From: an uncultured Lachnospiraceae bacterium
GTDB taxonomy: Bacteria; Bacillota; Clostridia; Lachnospirales; Lachnospiraceae
Assembly (NCBI GenBank): GCA_937920345.1
Contig: CALGVA010000031.1
Location: 8,824 to 72,823, forward strand
Length of the DNA stretch: 64,000 nucleotides
Direction of reading: 5' to 3'
The notes under the pieces were generated by a model that worked only from the letters and a program-made list of their open reading frames with translations, was not told the origin of the DNA and did no database searches. The translations under genes and the position numbers were made by a program. Positions 54,877-62,605 of the stretch are shown here, piece after piece. Every line of letters begins with the position of its first letter. Positions within the stretch are counted from its first letter, which is position 1.

Positions 54877-56087
54877 TCCACCTCAACCCGAACAAGCTCC
54901 ATCGCCCTTCTCCCGATCTCCATCGCCTCTTCCGCGTTCCTGCCGACAGTGATGATATGTCCGAGTCTGTCATTGCTGGATCTGGTGCCGTGCGCAATAT
55001 CTCCCTCTTTCTTATAAACCGTCACTTCCTCCACGCCTTCCATCTGCGACAGTACGGGATCGATCTCTATCCGCTTAATAACGCCTTCTTTACCCTGTAT
55101 AAAATGAATCGCGGAGCCTCTGTGCCGCGTACATTTAAGGTCAACTTCCCCGCCTGTGGCAAGGAGCACGGAAGCCCCCACCATATCCACGCCTGTGGAG
55201 AGTGGTACGAGACGCGAAGTAATATAATCACCGCCCAGCCTTGCCGCCAGTTCCACGATCTTCGGTCCTTCTTCCGTCACCTTGATCTCCGTGTGGGACG
55301 GACCGTTCTGCAGTCGTATGGCACCTATCGCCTGCAGCGTCACCTGTCTGATCCGTTCCTGCGTCTCCCCGTCCAGACAGCTCGGCTCGCTGTGCGCGAC
55401 CTCCACGAAATAAGGCGGCGGCGTAATATACTTATCCGTAATCGTCAGGATCGTCGTCTGTCCGTCTACCGTCATTGCCTCCACGCTCACTTCTGGACCG
55501 GTCATATATTCTTCCACCATAACGATGCCGTTTCTGGAATTTGATCTGCTGTATTCGTAAGTCTCCCGCAGTTCTTCTCCACTCCGTTGTCTGCTCTCAT
55601 CAAGCAGCACCACACCGCGGCTGCCCGCATTATCCGCAGGTTTAACGATGCAGACACCCCGCAGCGCTTCCACAGCCGCCCGAAACTCCCCAAAATCCTG
55701 CACCGCATAATAAGCCGGAATCGGGACATAATTCTCTTCCAGCCGCCTGCGCATATGGCTCTTGATCGTCGCACACAGCGAATCCTCGTAGGACAGATCA
55801 GGCTTCTTACCCAGCTTCTCATTGACATAGGCCGCCGTTCTCACCGGTCCGTCACTGGTGGACGTGATTACCACATCCGGCTGGTAGATCAGCGCCTGCC
55901 GGTATACTTCCTCCTGATCCAGCGTGCTGACCACCAGCTTTACGTCAGCCAGCGCAAATCCCACCGCATTCTCATTATAGTCCACGAGAATAATCTGATA
56001 CCCCAGTTCCTTCGCCTTGCGGATCGCCGGAACCTGCAGTTCGCTCGCGCCTAAGATCATCATTTTTTTCTGCTTCGTCGTTTCCAC
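54873..56087 (-). CDS. ATP-grasp ligase (L-amino-acid-ligase-like)
   Basis: MMILGASELQVPAIRKAKELGYQIILVD, CIVKPADNAGSRGVVLL, MVEEYMTGPEVSVEAM, IVELAARLGGDYI. The track start is GTG, and ATGs follow at 56063 and 56060. Confidence 0.7.
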   Translation of the reverse strand: METTKQKKMMILGASELQVPAIRKAKELGYQIILVDYNENAVGFALADVKLVVSTLDQEEVYRQALIYQPDVVITSTSDGPVRTAAYVNEKLGKKPDLSYEDSLCATIKSHMRRRLEENYVPIPAYYAVQDFGEFRAAVEALRGVCIVKPADNAGSRGVVLLDESRQRSGEELRETYEYSRSNSRNGIVMVEEYMTGPEVSVEAMTVDGQTTILTITDKYITPPPYFVEVAHSEPSCLDGETQERIRQVTLQAIGAIRLQNGPSHTEIKVTEEGPKIVELAARLGGDYITSRLVPLSTGVDMVGASVLLATGGEVDLKCTRHRGSAIHFIQGKEGVIKRIEIDPVLSQMEGVEEVTVYKKEGDIAHGTRSSNDRLGHIITVGRNAEEAMEIGRRAMELVRVEVE

Positions 56088-56198
56088 TTCGTCACCGTTT
56101 CTTTCCGGAATATTTTCATAAGGATTCCGATACCCAAAAGTATATATCCGAATCTTTCCCGGCAGATTATACCTTTCGTCTGCAACACACTTTATAAT

Positions 56199-57251
56199 TT
56201 ACATAATGTGTTTCCAGTCCATCGGCGTTCCCTTCGCGATATCTGTCTTCGCCCTCTGCCCCAGCACCCTGTCATAATACATCGGGTGCATACCGAATGC
56301 GGGACGTATGGAACGCACATTCTCTTCTGTAAAAGTCTCCCCCGCCTTAATGTCCTGCACCGCGAACAGGGAGCGACAGTCTTCTCTGCTGCGCTTTTGT
56401 TTCTCCGTCAGTTCATAGGTCACTCTGCCGACAGCCTTCTCCGCAATGCGGATCTCGTCCACCATCTGCTTAAACTCCGCAGGCTCCATGGAAAAAGCCG
56501 CATCCGGTCCGCCGTCCGCACGGGCAAGCGTGAGATGCTTCTCCACCATTTTCGCTCCCAGGGCCACGCCCGCCACTGCGGCCGCACCTCCCATACTGTG
56601 ATCGGATAATCCCGTAATGCAGTCAAAAATCTGTGCCATATGCGGAATCACGCTGAGATTCATATCTTCATAAGGAGAAGGGTAGGTGGAAGTACATTTT
56701 AGCAGAATCACCTGTTCATTGCCTTCCTCCCTGCAAGCGTAAACCGCCCGTTCGATGTCTTCCAGATAAGCGACACCCGTAGCAATAATGACAGGCTTCC
56801 CGATCTTCGCGATCCTGCGGATCAGAGGAATGTCATTGATCTCAAAAGACGCCACTTTATATGCCGGCATATCCATTTCATGCATATAATCCACCGCAGT
56901 CGCATCGAATGGCGAAGAAAAGCAATCCATACCCAGTTCCCCGGCAAGCTTCTTCAATTTCGGCTGCCACTCCCACGGCGTATAGGCCTCCTCATAGAGT
57001 TTATGAAGCGTGGTGCCGTCCCAGATCGTCCCCTGTGTAATCTGAAAATACTCCTTATCGCAGTCGATCGTGATCGTATCCGCCGTGTAGGTCTGCAGCT
57101 TGACCGCGTCCGCTCCCGCCTCGGCCGCCGCGCGTATGATCGCCTCCGCACGGTTATAATCCTGCAGATGGTTTGCCGACACCTCCGCCACAATATAGGT
57201 TTTCTCGCCCGCACCGATATACCGGTTTCCGATCCTGATCTTTTTCTCCAT
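56199..57251 (-). CDS. nonulosonic acid synthase (NeuB/PseI/LegI family)
   Basis: YIVAEVSANHLQDYNRAEAIIRAAAEAGADAVKLQTY, LSDHSMG, and a C-terminal SAF domain (FAVQDIKAGETFTEENVRSIRP). Confidence 0.8.
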   Translation of the reverse strand: MEKKIRIGNRYIGAGEKTYIVAEVSANHLQDYNRAEAIIRAAAEAGADAVKLQTYTADTITIDCDKEYFQITQGTIWDGTTLHKLYEEAYTPWEWQPKLKKLAGELGMDCFSSPFDATAVDYMHEMDMPAYKVASFEINDIPLIRRIAKIGKPVIIATGVAYLEDIERAVYACREEGNEQVILLKCTSTYPSPYEDMNLSVIPHMAQIFDCITGLSDHSMGGAAAVAGVALGAKMVEKHLTLARADGGPDAAFSMEPAEFKQMVDEIRIAEKAVGRVTYELTEKQKRSREDCRSLFAVQDIKAGETFTEENVRSIRPAFGMHPMYYDRVLGQRAKTDIAKGTPMDWKHIM

Positions 57252-57253
57252 AA

Positions 57254-57988
57254 TTATACATTCCCTCTTTCCCTACAACTTCCATACTGCTGCCGGCCCG
57301 CTTCCTCTGCCATCATCCGGTACTTCATCTCGGCTAACTTCCAGTCTGTCAGATTGTCGATATCCTGCACCTCTGTCTCCGGCACGATGATCGGCACATA
57401 ACCGTCCGGCAGATCACCGCGGCACGCCATATAGCGCTTCGTATGATAGAAATAGAACTGCCCGCAGTCATGATACATTGTCTCCAGATCCTGCGAGCGC
57501 TTCGCCGCATTTTCCGGATAACAGTATTCCAGTCTGCCGCTCCGTACCGCCATCCCCCGCTGGGGCGGAAAAGAAAAAGGCACCACCGGCATAACACCCG
57601 ACGCATCTGCCTGCACCAGAATACGAAATGCCTCCTGCAGTTTACCCGCCGTGACAAACGGCGCCGTCGGATAGATACATGCCATGTAATCAAACGTCCT
57701 GCCGCGCTTCCCGTACTCCGTCAGGACTTCCATCAGAACATCGTCCGTCGTCGCGAAGTCGTTCGCCGTCGCGCTGCTTCGCATAAACGGCACGTTCGCA
57801 CCTGCGCTTCTTGCGATCTGCGCAATCTCCTCATCGTCGGTAGACACCATAACTTCCTCGAACAGCTCCGATGCAAGCGCCGCCTCGACCGGGTAGGCGA
57901 GAATGGGTTTCCCCAGAAAGTCCTTCTTATTCTTGCCGGGAATCCGTTTGCTGCCTCCCCTTGCCGTTATAATTGCTATTGCGCTCAT
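57254..57988 (-). CDS. CMP-nonulosonate cytidylyltransferase (PseF/NeuA family)
   Basis: SAIAIITARGGSKRIPGKNKKDFLGKPILAYPVEAALASELFEEVMVSTDDEEIAQIARSAGANVPFMR. GGAG lies before the ATG at 57988. Confidence 0.8.
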   Translation of the reverse strand: MSAIAIITARGGSKRIPGKNKKDFLGKPILAYPVEAALASELFEEVMVSTDDEEIAQIARSAGANVPFMRSSATANDFATTDDVLMEVLTEYGKRGRTFDYMACIYPTAPFVTAGKLQEAFRILVQADASGVMPVVPFSFPPQRGMAVRSGRLEYCYPENAAKRSQDLETMYHDCGQFYFYHTKRYMACRGDLPDGYVPIIVPETEVQDIDNLTDWKLAEMKYRMMAEEAGRQQYGSCRERGNV

Positions 57989-58084
57989 AGTTTTCTCCAT
58001 TTCTGCGCTGCTTTTGTCTCAACTATGTTGAGACGTCGCATTAAACGAGTTTGTGGCAAGCAACGCGCAGACACAAATCTCGCG

Positions 58085-58106
58085 ATTGAAAATTTTAATT
58101 TTCAAT
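58085..58106. repeat. 22-nt near-perfect palindrome, candidate operator
   Basis: ATTGAAAATT-TT-AATTTTCAAT has 10-bp perfect arms. It lies in the 150-bp gap between the fusion gene and the cytidylyltransferase gene. A second hairpin, GTCTCAAC-TAT-GTTGAGAC, is at 58016-58034. Confidence 0.5.
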
Positions 58107-58150
58107 CTTTCCCCTCCATATTAACCTGCATGTTTCCGTTCCGCATAATC

Positions 58151-60457
58151 TCACAGCCGAAGTAATTCCTCCGCGATGCGCTGTGCGCCTTTTCCATCCG
58201 TCACCTCATGCAGCTTCCGCTTCATCTGATCTCTCATATCCTTATTTTCCAGGAGCAGCCGTAACTGTCCGCATATGTTCTCAAGACAGCCATCCCGGTC
58301 TGCACGGATATCTCCGGCATAGAGCATTCGACCGTCCTGCGCGAAGAATTCATGGTCGTACTGCTGGTTATCCGCGCTGACAAAGAAAACTGCGGGCGTC
58401 TGCGTCGCACTTAGCTCAAACAGCATCGTGCCCGCCGCGGACACCGCCGCCTGACATGTCCGCATAAGCTGCGCCATATGAGCAACCCGCTCATGTATAC
58501 AGATGTTCGGGTACTCCCCGGCCAGTTTCCGCAGTTCCTCCGCATTGCGGTTAAATCCTCCGACTACTGCATGAAAAGTCACTTCCTGCAGCATTTCGTC
58601 CCGCATGGCGGCGCGCAGGATACCCGCCAGCGCATTGTACATGTCGCCGCCGCCGGAACTTAACAAGACATGTGGCATTGCGCCATGATCCTGCTGTGCT
58701 TCACCGCACTTCACTGAATCTGTCACACCGGAATAACTGCCGCAGCGAGAGGCCGCATTGGCACTGCCGCCGCCGACATCCCCGAACTCTTCCCGAAGCG
58801 GCACATAGGATGTTCCGAGTAACAGTTTTGTCTGCCCTGCATACGCCTTTTCATACGGAAACCGCACATGATAGGCATTATAGTTAATTATCATATCCAC
58901 CGGATAAATTTCTTCAAAACAATCGTCGATATACGCCAGCCGGCACACATCCCGCAGACCCTCGAAATAATGCTTCGTCGCCTGGTAGGAATCCACCAGC
59001 AGTCTACGACACCCCGCCTGCTGCAGTTTCTCCCGCAGCAGTGGAATCTCCTGCTCCATTTCATCCCACTTCGTATGCAGACAGACGTATTGCATTCCGT
59101 TCTGTTCCAGCATCCCCGCGGCATATTCGTCCGCCGTGTAGAAGATCACGCGGCCGCACGCCGCAAGCAGTTTCTTTGCGATGGTAATGCACCGCATAAC
59201 ATGTCCCGTGGCAACCGTATCGTTGGCGTCCACACGGATTCCGGTCAGCTGACCCGCCTGCCTCTTCGTCCGTCTGTCTGCTGCTATACCCTTCCGGTTC
59301 TCTGCCTGCCCGCCGGCCGTTGTGCTCCTGCACTTCTCTTCCTCGTATTGCTCCAGCACCTCCAGTATGCGCCGCATCTCCGCTATTCCGTACCGCTGGT
59401 CCACAGGCAGCGCCAGTATATGCTCATAGATATATCGTTCATCCTGCGATAAAGCCCCGGCATTTTCCTCTCCCACCAGCCACAGCGTCGGTGCATAGAC
59501 GCCGCGGAGCGCCAGATATCTTTGCAGTTCGTCCCGGTCTTTGGCATAGACAGGGTAGTACAGCGGCGCGCCCTCTGTGAAATCGGCGAACACCGGCCGC
59601 ACCTGCATTCTTCCATCCAGATTTTCATGCAGATAAACGCAGTTTTCTTTCCTTCTGCTCTCGCATTCTTTTTCATCAATCCTTGCTAAAATGGCCGCCG
59701 ATTCCGCCGACAGACTGCTGATCCCGTCATATCTATCCAGCCACTCTTCCGTCTCACGATTCTTTCGGAGATATTCCGCCTTTATGGCACGCCGCTTCTC
59801 TTCGTCCATCCGCCCGTTCAGATACGCCCACTTACTCCGCAGCAACGCTCCTTTTTCCCGCACAAACTCTTCATTCGCAGTAAGACCATCCCCCGGCAGT
59901 TCCTCGTCCGATGCCACAAATCCCCCGTCCGGCACAGCATACCATTTACGCAGGCTTCCCACGCAGTAGTCAGCCTCTCCACCTGCGCTTTTCAGATAGT
60001 AGGACTGCGTCATATCCTCCATAATACATATGCCCTGCGCCCTCCATCTGCGGAAGAGGGGCCGCACGGATCTCCAGGTATCCACCCCGTAATAAGGGTG
60101 CACAAAAATCAATGCCGGCCTGATCTGTCCGATGCGCCTGTCCAGTTCCTCTATGTCCACTTCCAGATTTCTGTTAATATGATAAAAGTGCAGCTCCCAG
60201 CCTGCCCGCTCGAAGGGGAAGAAAACGCAGTCGCACATATATGCCGGAAGCAGACATCTCTTAGCCTCCTGCGGATGCCTGCTCTCATAACTTTTCAAGG
60301 CAAGCGCGATCGCCTCTCTGCCGGACGCCGTATACCTGATATGCGCTTTGTTATACTTCTCTGCTTCTCCCAGCCCGAACCGCTCTGCTGACTTCACCGG
60401 TCCTTCTTCGTAAAACGCGGGATTCAGTTCGTAGATGCTTCCGATTTCCATATCCAT
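58151..60457 (-). CDS. 768-aa fusion of an N-terminal fold-type-I PLP aminotransferase-like domain (DegT/PseC-like) and a C-terminal PseG-like UDP-sugar hydrolase
   Basis: N-terminal domain (about residues 1-372): ASGREAIALAL, LLPAYMCDCVFFP, LIFVHPYYGV, ICIMEDMTQSY, VGSLRKWYAVPDGGFV (candidate PLP lysine). Linker with KCRSTTAGGQAENRKGIAADRRTKRQAGQ (about 59246-59341). C-terminal domain: GIRVDANDTVATGHVMRCITIAKKL, as in PseG. Confidence 0.7.
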   Translation of the reverse strand: MDMEIGSIYELNPAFYEEGPVKSAERFGLGEAEKYNKAHIRYTASGREAIALALKSYESRHPQEAKRCLLPAYMCDCVFFPFERAGWELHFYHINRNLEVDIEELDRRIGQIRPALIFVHPYYGVDTWRSVRPLFRRWRAQGICIMEDMTQSYYLKSAGGEADYCVGSLRKWYAVPDGGFVASDEELPGDGLTANEEFVREKGALLRSKWAYLNGRMDEEKRRAIKAEYLRKNRETEEWLDRYDGISSLSAESAAILARIDEKECESRRKENCVYLHENLDGRMQVRPVFADFTEGAPLYYPVYAKDRDELQRYLALRGVYAPTLWLVGEENAGALSQDERYIYEHILALPVDQRYGIAEMRRILEVLEQYEEEKCRSTTAGGQAENRKGIAADRRTKRQAGQLTGIRVDANDTVATGHVMRCITIAKKLLAACGRVIFYTADEYAAGMLEQNGMQYVCLHTKWDEMEQEIPLLREKLQQAGCRRLLVDSYQATKHYFEGLRDVCRLAYIDDCFEEIYPVDMIINYNAYHVRFPYEKAYAGQTKLLLGTSYVPLREEFGDVGGGSANAASRCGSYSGVTDSVKCGEAQQDHGAMPHVLLSSGGGDMYNALAGILRAAMRDEMLQEVTFHAVVGGFNRNAEELRKLAGEYPNICIHERVAHMAQLMRTCQAAVSAAGTMLFELSATQTPAVFFVSADNQQYDHEFFAQDGRMLYAGDIRADRDGCLENICGQLRLLLENKDMRDQMKRKLHEVTDGKGAQRIAEELLRL

Positions 60458-60488
60458 CCATACTCCTTGAAGTAATCACGCTTAAGAT

Positions 60489-61520
60489 TTAATCGTTTTT
60501 CCGCGCCTTTCTCCATCTGCGGTATGCCCACAGCAGCTTATAATACAACATAAAGAAAAGTGTGGAACGCTGCTGCATTCGAATCAATTTCTTCTCTTCC
60601 GCGTGGGTCCGCTCCTGATAATACGGATTCTGCATAAAGTCCGGAAACGTCCGCCGCATTTCCTGTCCCATCGCCCGCACGAAACCATACTTCGTACTGC
60701 CTACTCCCGCCATATATGTAAAGAGAGTATTTATATAAAATAAAAGCGTGAAACTGTACTCCAGTTCCGGCTTATATTCATCATAGTAACCGTGCCGGCG
60801 TGCTTCCTCCAGCATCAGACGGCCTGCTGCCATGCGGTCTTCACACCGTTTCGTCGAAATCGTGTGTACAGTGGAGGAATCATGCTGATAGTAGTAATAC
60901 ATCGGCTCCTCGATATACTCGAAGTGCTTCGCCAGCACCAGATAGGAATTACCGAGTGCATTGTCTTCATAGAATATATTTTCCGGAAACCAGAGCCCGT
61001 TTTCCAGAATCATGGACCGCCTGAATATCTTCACCACAAGGCTGCCGCCGTCCAGAATCAGGCTGCGGCGCTTCTCCGTATTAAGCGGGCCGCTCTGTTC
61101 CCGCTTATTATTCGAAACGATCTGTCCCACCTTCATAGAGTGTTCTTCTGTCAGGCAATAGTCACAGCCCGCCAGATCCGCACCCGTCTCTTCCGCCCGC
61201 GCAATCAGCTTCTGATACATATCCGGCGTGATCCAGTCATCACTGTCTATGAAGCCGACCCAGTCCCCCTGTGCCATTCTCAGTCCGATGTTCTTCGCCC
61301 CGCCCTGATGTTTGTTCACCTCAGAGTGTACCGCGCGTACTTTGTCCGGAAAACGGCGCTCGTACTCCTGCAGAATCGCATAAGACTGATCCGTGGAGCA
61401 GTCGTCCACGGCTATGATCTCATAGTCCTCCATCGCCTGATTGACAAGGGAGTCCATACAATATTCCAGTTTTTGGTCAGATGCCATGTTGTATACCGGC
61501 ACGATAATGCTGAGTTTCAT
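60489..61520 (-). CDS. GT2-family glycosyltransferase (first gene of the locus)
   Basis: LSIIVPVYNMASDQKLEYCMDSLVNQAM, IIAVDDCSTDQS, FIDSDDW. Confidence 0.85.
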   Translation of the reverse strand: MKLSIIVPVYNMASDQKLEYCMDSLVNQAMEDYEIIAVDDCSTDQSYAILQEYERRFPDKVRAVHSEVNKHQGGAKNIGLRMAQGDWVGFIDSDDWITPDMYQKLIARAEETGADLAGCDYCLTEEHSMKVGQIVSNNKREQSGPLNTEKRRSLILDGGSLVVKIFRRSMILENGLWFPENIFYEDNALGNSYLVLAKHFEYIEEPMYYYYQHDSSTVHTISTKRCEDRMAAGRLMLEEARRHGYYDEYKPELEYSFTLLFYINTLFTYMAGVGSTKYGFVRAMGQEMRRTFPDFMQNPYYQERTHAEEKKLIRMQQRSTLFFMLYYKLLWAYRRWRKARKND

Positions 61521-61633
61521 GTATTAATATTCTCGCTCTGTCTGTATGATAATATTGCAGAAACGATGTCCATCTCTATATCGTCCCCGCTGTTGCCCGC
61601 ATGCCTCTATTGTGATGATTTTTCGCAGATATG

Positions 61634-62605
61634 TCACATCTGCTCCTTCACCCCGCCGATCACGAATCCGTAAGATATATCCCTCTCCGCACTGATGTGG
61701 TACGGTGCCTCCACGTCCGCACCCCAGCTGTTGATACCGCCCACACCCCGCACCGCGCCAAGCACGGTCAGCACCGTCCTTCTCGGCGGCGGCAGTTCCT
61801 CCTGGTGCGTCGCGCTCTCCAGCTCCATAGCCGTATACGGAATACAGGCAAAAGCAATATCTCCGCCATCCTCCGCACGGAAACAGATCCCGCTCTTCCT
61901 CACTTCTTTGCAGGAATGATCGAGCACTGTACTGCGGTACACTTCCACCCACTTCGTCTGCATATGCATACCGCAGTCCTGGGGAACCAGATACGGCGTC
62001 ACCGGCAGCCCTTCAATCTCATATATGCCCGGTATACCGCCCGCCATTCTGTCAGGGTATGTCTCTCCGGAAAGTCCTTCATAGCGGTACCCGTCAGCAC
62101 AGGTAGGCATAATAAAACGCATACCGAATACCGGAAGTTCCGGCAGCCCTTCCCTGCCCGTGTAATGTACGCGGACATGAATGTCACCGCACGCATATAC
62201 CTCATAAGACACCGTGACCCGTGTCGCAGGCACGGTAACTGTCTCGTAGACAAATACAATCGTCGCCTTATCCGCCTCCACATCACCGCCGTATACATTA
62301 TTTGCCGGCGACATCGGTATTTCCACCGAAGCGTCATCGATCTTCGCCTCTACATCCACACATTTAATGAAACAGTCAGCGCCGATCCACATGCCGCTTC
62401 TAAGCGCAAATCCGCATCCTCTGTCATTATCCGTAATCGCCCGCCAGAAGGTGGGTTTCGGCGCCCTGTACAACCATTCCTTACCGTCGCGGACAAGAGA
62501 TTCCATACCGCCTCTTACCACGGAAAAAAGACAGGAAAATCCCTCTGCGTGCATCCCGATCATCGCATCCCCGACGACCACCCGCAATTTATTTGTGCAG
62601 TCCAT
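61634..62605 (-). CDS. lacM: beta-galactosidase small subunit
   Basis: MDCTNKLRVVVGDAMIGMHAEGFSCLFSVVRGGMESL parallels the LacM N-terminus (Bgal_small_N domain). The start overlaps the lacL stop by 17 nt. Confidence 0.8.
   Translation of the reverse strand: MDCTNKLRVVVGDAMIGMHAEGFSCLFSVVRGGMESLVRDGKEWLYRAPKPTFWRAITDNDRGCGFALRSGMWIGADCFIKCVDVEAKIDDASVEIPMSPANNVYGGDVEADKATIVFVYETVTVPATRVTVSYEVYACGDIHVRVHYTGREGLPELPVFGMRFIMPTCADGYRYEGLSGETYPDRMAGGIPGIYEIEGLPVTPYLVPQDCGMHMQTKWVEVYRSTVLDHSCKEVRKSGICFRAEDGGDIAFACIPYTAMELESATHQEELPPPRRTVLTVLGAVRGVGGINSWGADVEAPYHISAERDISYGFVIGGVKEQM

Noticed and set aside
56166-56171. A perfect TATAAT on the minus strand in the gap between the synthase and ATP-grasp genes, as a promoter.
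   Set aside because: No acceptable -35 or TG extension lies at the correct spacing. A single hexamer in an AT-richer spacer is expected by chance.
58107-58150. A 14-codon micro-ORF (MRNGNMQVNMEGKD) on the minus strand after the fusion gene.
   Set aside because: It has no SD, is very short and has no conservation evidence available. It is most likely fortuitous.
62589-62605. The beta-galactosidase as a frameshifted lacZ pseudogene.
   Set aside because: The break falls exactly at the LacL/LacM subunit boundary with the characteristic 17-nt overlap and an intact LacM-like N-terminus. It is therefore interpreted as a functional two-subunit enzyme.
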